From contig CM082580.2 in NCBI GenBank assembly GCA_040954595.2, forward strand, positions 5,384,783-5,448,782: a stretch of DNA of 64,000 nt, read 5' to 3'. The position numbers and the translations under genes are program-made. The notes under the pieces were generated by a model. That model was given only the letters and a program-made list of their open reading frames with translations. It was not told the origin of the DNA and made no database searches. This DNA comes from Balanoglossus misakiensis. Lineage: Eukaryota; Animalia; Hemichordata. This document shows, one piece after another, positions 62,693 to 64,000 of this stretch (the stretch's first letter is position 1; every line of letters begins with the position of its first letter).

Positions 62693-63832
62693 TAAGTTGC
62701 AAACAACATGACAGCACAGTGCCAATCAATTTCATCGTTAACAGCATGTGCAGAAAGAACAGTGCACAAAATACTTTTCTTGCTTTCATACGTTGCGAGC
62801 TACAATATTTTCTATACGTCAAGTCAATATACGTCGTCAATATATAAATGTGCCTCAACAGGACTTTCAAAATAGTCCTCATTGAGACAGAGCTGTAAAA
62901 TATGTCATTTAAGTGTTGTGCACATGCAATGTGCAGAAAAAGGTTTGCATCGTGGTAAAAAAAAAGGTGGGGCATTTTAGACAGTGCTTGTAAATTTATG
63001 GTCAGTGCATTGGACTGGGTTGTGGTCAGTGTACTGAATTGTGTGTGCATGCTTCGGTGTGCATGAGCGACGTGTAAACACGGCCTGCTCCATGCCCACG
63101 TCATAGCTGCATGATTGAGAAATGCATGCATGCGTGGCATACACACGCTTTCAAGAGAGCTGATGAGTTGCAATGTGCGTGGTAAGTGCAGTGTCTTTTC
63201 GAGACTGCAGAAAAAAATATGCGTGCAAACTGACAAACGACAATGAAAAAACTTTGAAATAAAAAAACATGAGTCTGAAAAAAACAGCGAGTCCTATTAC
63301 GCCCTCTGTGTACATGTATAGACATTTCTTTACAAAGATCGCAGTGCCGCTATGCGAGTTACATTGGTAAAATGTTGTGGACAGGTGTTTACTGAACTAA
63401 CACTCCCAAATGTCGTCAAACAAATCCAACAGCATGATAGCCGCTTCTTCACACACAAGTTAACACTCCATATGCGAACTTGTATATCTGTCTAAAAAAA
63501 GTTCTATTTGTGTCTGATAACAGCTGGATAGAGCGTGTTAGTTGGAATGTTAAGCTGCAAGGTGGATTATATTATATAACAGTCCTCTCTTGAGATACTT
63601 GTGTATAGCATAGCATCGTATGATGAGTTGTTCCATACCGTTTTTCTGGGGCGAAAAGACATTGGTGATTGACTCTCAGTGTAAATGAGTTGCAGAGATG
63701 CCAGCACAAACACAACATGCGAAATGAAATCTTGTGGGTCTGTGCAACTAAAATCTAGAGATGTGAAAAAACTGTGCGCGATTAGTTCAGCGTGTCTTGA
63801 GAGAGAGAGAGAGAGAGAGAAACAGGTCTGCA

Positions 63833-64000
63833 TTACGAACTCTTGATGTCTTTGTTGTTGTTGACGGTTTCCGCTTCACCTGCCTGGCTGTAAAAGAAAC
63901 TCCCTGCGCACTTCCGGAAGAGGCGCTGGTCCTTGATCAGCTCGGAGAAAATGTACACCAGGAGCGCGTTGGTCAGGAACACCAGGAGGCCGACGCCCAG
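63833..64000 (-). CDS. C-terminal end of a second PAQR/mPR-like paralog (truncated by window end; absent from the ORF track)
   Basis: Translates LGVGLLVFLTNALLVYIFSELIKDQRLFRKCAGSFFYSQAGEAETVNNNKDIKSS*, which aligns with the C-terminus of 54609-55643 (LGIGLLALVGNLLVVFISSVLIKHQYFFRRFTGSLFY...KSS*). Confidence 0.85.
   Translation of the reverse strand: MGVGLLVFLTNALLVYIFSELIKDQRLFRKCAGSFFYSQAGEAETVNNNKDIKSS

Noticed and set aside
62511-63236. 241-aa - strand ORF
   Set aside because: No domain features, partly derived from the 20-bp minisatellite, and lies in the presumed 3'UTR of the second PAQR gene.

Overview
Eukaryotic (animal) genomic DNA, not prokaryotic. GT-AG spliced genes, (TACA)n microsatellites and the domain repertoire suggest a marine invertebrate deuterostome, possibly hemichordate or echinoderm (inference only). 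Layout: 1-7044 is the end of an 87-bp satellite array containing a 1400-bp (16-monomer) higher-order duplication. About 7-15 kb has no identifiable gene. Manual splicing then gives, in order: a 14-exon type II membrane protein (TM + 4 copies of an unrecognised ~150-aa Cys-containing domain + EPN C-type lectin + 5 LDLa, - strand); tRNA-Leu(CAG); a single-coding-exon LRR/Thr-rich stalk/TM receptor (+); two paralogous small Shisa-like (C-C-CC-CC) membrane proteins flanking a secreted EPN C-type lectin (all -); a 3x 520-540 bp tandem repeat; GTPBP6/HflX (+); a secreted kringle + hevein-like protein (+); and two tandem PAQR membrane progestin receptor-like genes (-, the second cut by the window end). 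Many short TIR elements (MITEs) and one LINE RT remnant are interspersed. Gene models were built by hand from splice signals and reading-frame continuity, with no database searches. I see no demonstrable new 'system'. The best leads are the unrecognised repeated domain in the lectin/LDLa protein, the PY-less Shisa-like pair, the kringle-hevein fusion and the satellite.
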